A stretch of DNA of 64,000 nt from Lingula anatina. Taxonomy: Eukaryota > Animalia > Brachiopoda. Location of the stretch: contig CM120641.1 of NCBI GenBank assembly GCA_051362555.1, positions 31,130,401-31,194,400 on the forward strand, written 5' to 3'. Below the pieces are notes generated by a model. It worked only from the letters and a program-made list of their open reading frames with translations, searched no databases and had not been told where the DNA came from. Below are positions 61,864 through 64,000 of this stretch, in pieces (within the stretch, counting starts at the first letter, position 1; each line of letters starts with the position of its first letter). A program made the translations under genes and the position numbers.

Positions 61864-64000
61864 TCATTTTTTTTCTTTTTTTTCATTAATTTTTTGGTAC
61901 CAGGAGGTAGACTTGGGCACGGCAAAAGATGGTTGAATACTGAAGGGCATGGCACTCCCTTTTTTTGCCCTGGTTGAGGTGACCTCCTGGCCAGCTCTGT
62001 TTTCTTCCAGAGATACTCCCATCTCCACCAGGCCATGCAGGAGGGAGGGTTGCACTGGCTTGGGGCGTGCCTCTGGGAGATCTGGTGCGGTTGAGAGCTT
62101 GGCCCCAGGGAGAGTGGCACCGAGTAACAGCTGTGTCACATCTTGACGTCTCTCCCTTTGGTGATACCTGAAGCCAGTAAACAGTCATATGTTCAATTGA
62201 CAATTGCAACCATTTTTTTCAGTTTGTTTCAATATCAATGCAAACCTCACTATTTCTGTATGGTACTCAATGGAATTGTAATAAGAAGTTTTCCTACATA
62301 CATATTTAACATTTATTTCTAAATTTTTGATGTCATTCCCAAAACCTTTTGATCCAGATAAACAGCACAGCAAAATTATATTTTCTGTATCATCATAACC
62401 AATAAAAACAAAATTCATAGGACAGATAGGTATTTTTGCTATAAGTAAAACTTGCAGATATATCTTTTCGTGTGAATGTAGAAAACAAAATAGATCCAAT
62501 TTATTGAAAAACTACATGATCCAATAAATAGTTTGCACATAGATTCAGTATCATTTTGATCAAGATAATCAGCTCATTTCCTTATATCGTTTCCTTCCAT
62601 ATGACAGCCCTAACAATAAGTACAAATTTAAAGCTTATTACACTTCATGCTTTAGATAAAGTCCACGTCTAAAAGAGACAAAATCAAGTTAAATTGGTAA
62701 ACCTAACACTCACCAAGAACGTAAGGTGGCATTGTTGATGGGCGGCAGCACTAAATTGGTGCGCTCCATTAGGTGACCATTGCCCAGGACTGCCTGGCTG
62801 ATTAAGGTGTAGGTGTCTACGACCTTATTCCATCCAGTAACATGCCCTCTCTTCCTAGGTTTTCTAAACTTGGCACATAGTTTTATACAAAGTCCCTCGA
62901 CAATTCTGTTGATGGCAGGAGAAGCCGCAGGTACCCCTGCACCCAGAAAACTTCTGAAATGTAATAAAACTTGTCCATCACATTTTGAAGATGGCCATGA
63001 TTATTCTTCATCCAACAGGCTGGAAACATTTTTTTTTTACAATTCTATGAGTTCTATACTAAGACCTTGTTATTGTGGTTGCTATAGATTATTTTCCAAA
63101 AAGTTATGAAAGTTTACCTTCTTGTTCTCTCCACATCTGGAGACACAGTGGATTTGGACTTCCCCTTTTTGAATCTTCCAGACAGGGCAGACTGTTGTTC
63201 TATGTATGGCCGAGGAGTCCTTTGTTTATCATAATCATCCAGGTCATCATACAACATGATGCACATCATTACATCATCAGGGGTGAGAGACATCTCTGTG
63301 AAGTTGAGAAGGTGATTCGTCAGCCTGTCCACCTTGTCCCAACCTGGAATCCCTCTCCAGTCCACACTTGACTTTTATCAAAAGAAAAAATAAATCATTA
63401 TACATCATCATCAAAAGCGATAAGGAATCATTTTGTTAAGACTGCCTGTTTAGTAACAAGCTAAGGCTAACTCCATAACAAAAGGCAACTTGCATTCATG
63501 TATGCCTGTCTAAAAACACTTAGATGTCATCAGTTCAATATGTCAGCTGCTGATGCTTTACCAAAATTTTGTGTGTCATGAAGTGAATTATTATTAAAAT
63601 ATTTCATTTAATTTCATTTGTATAACCTAACAACTGTTTCAAACTGTAGGCAAAGCAAAACAGTTATATTATCTATTCTTACCAAGAGACTAGACCAGCT
63701 TTCCTGTTCTTCCTCTGGGAGACTAGACCGGCTTTCCTGTTCTTCCTCCGGGATGGGAAACTGTAGGATTAAAAAAAAACATTTGTGGACCTAAAGCATC
63801 TTGATATTATTTCAATAATATTATTTCAATATCTATTTAGTGGAAAACACCATTTTTCAGTGTAGCTTTCATATACCAAGACAGTTTGATAAGATTATTT
63901 TCACAAAAACAATTAGTAAGGTAACTGTTAACAAAAGAAGTTGTATTTATCTATTCTTACCAAGAGACTAGACCGGCTTTCCTGTTCTTCCTCCGGGATG
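61864..64000 (-). CDS. 3' exons of a transposon-derived protein (DUF6729-like family); exons >64000-63961, 63760-63683, 63371-63118, 62953-62714, 62167-61864
   Basis: The GT-AG exons join in phase with no internal stop: DWRGIPGWDKVDRL...LDDYDK...GRFK...VERTRR|SFLG...NRIVEGLCIKLC...INNATLRSW|YHQRERR...VPKSTSW. Family recognised from memory only. Confidence 0.65.

Overview
This is AT-rich eukaryotic (invertebrate-like) genomic DNA made almost entirely of nested, mostly decayed transposable elements. I found no intact host gene, rRNA, tRNA or CRISPR array. Main contents: (1) an env-bearing Ty3/Gypsy remnant (2.3-6.8 kb) with a spliced, furin-site F-type env that has an unusual second TM segment and a C-terminal domain; (2) two internally deleted ISL2EU-type (PIF/Harbinger) elements, one carrying a nested Kolobok-like element; (3) CACTA/EnSpm-type non-autonomous elements; (4) a Mag-lineage Gypsy with both LTRs and a TSD, holding a DIRS element, which in turn holds a 2.2-kb mini-LTR element that keeps the same env C-terminal domain as (1); (5) three families of Helentron-associated (HINE-like) elements with internal tandem arrays; (6) a near-intact RTE-X LINE ORF2; (7) seven copies of a ~220-bp TWA-targeting MITE, a hAT-like MITE with a 5-bp TSD, and Tc1 and RTE fragments; (8) a spliced DUF6729-like transposon gene at the right edge. 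Paralog comparisons show many TA-to-TACATGTA-type insertions that look like transposon excision footprints. Coordinates, alignments and family names come from reading by eye and recalled motifs, not from database searches.
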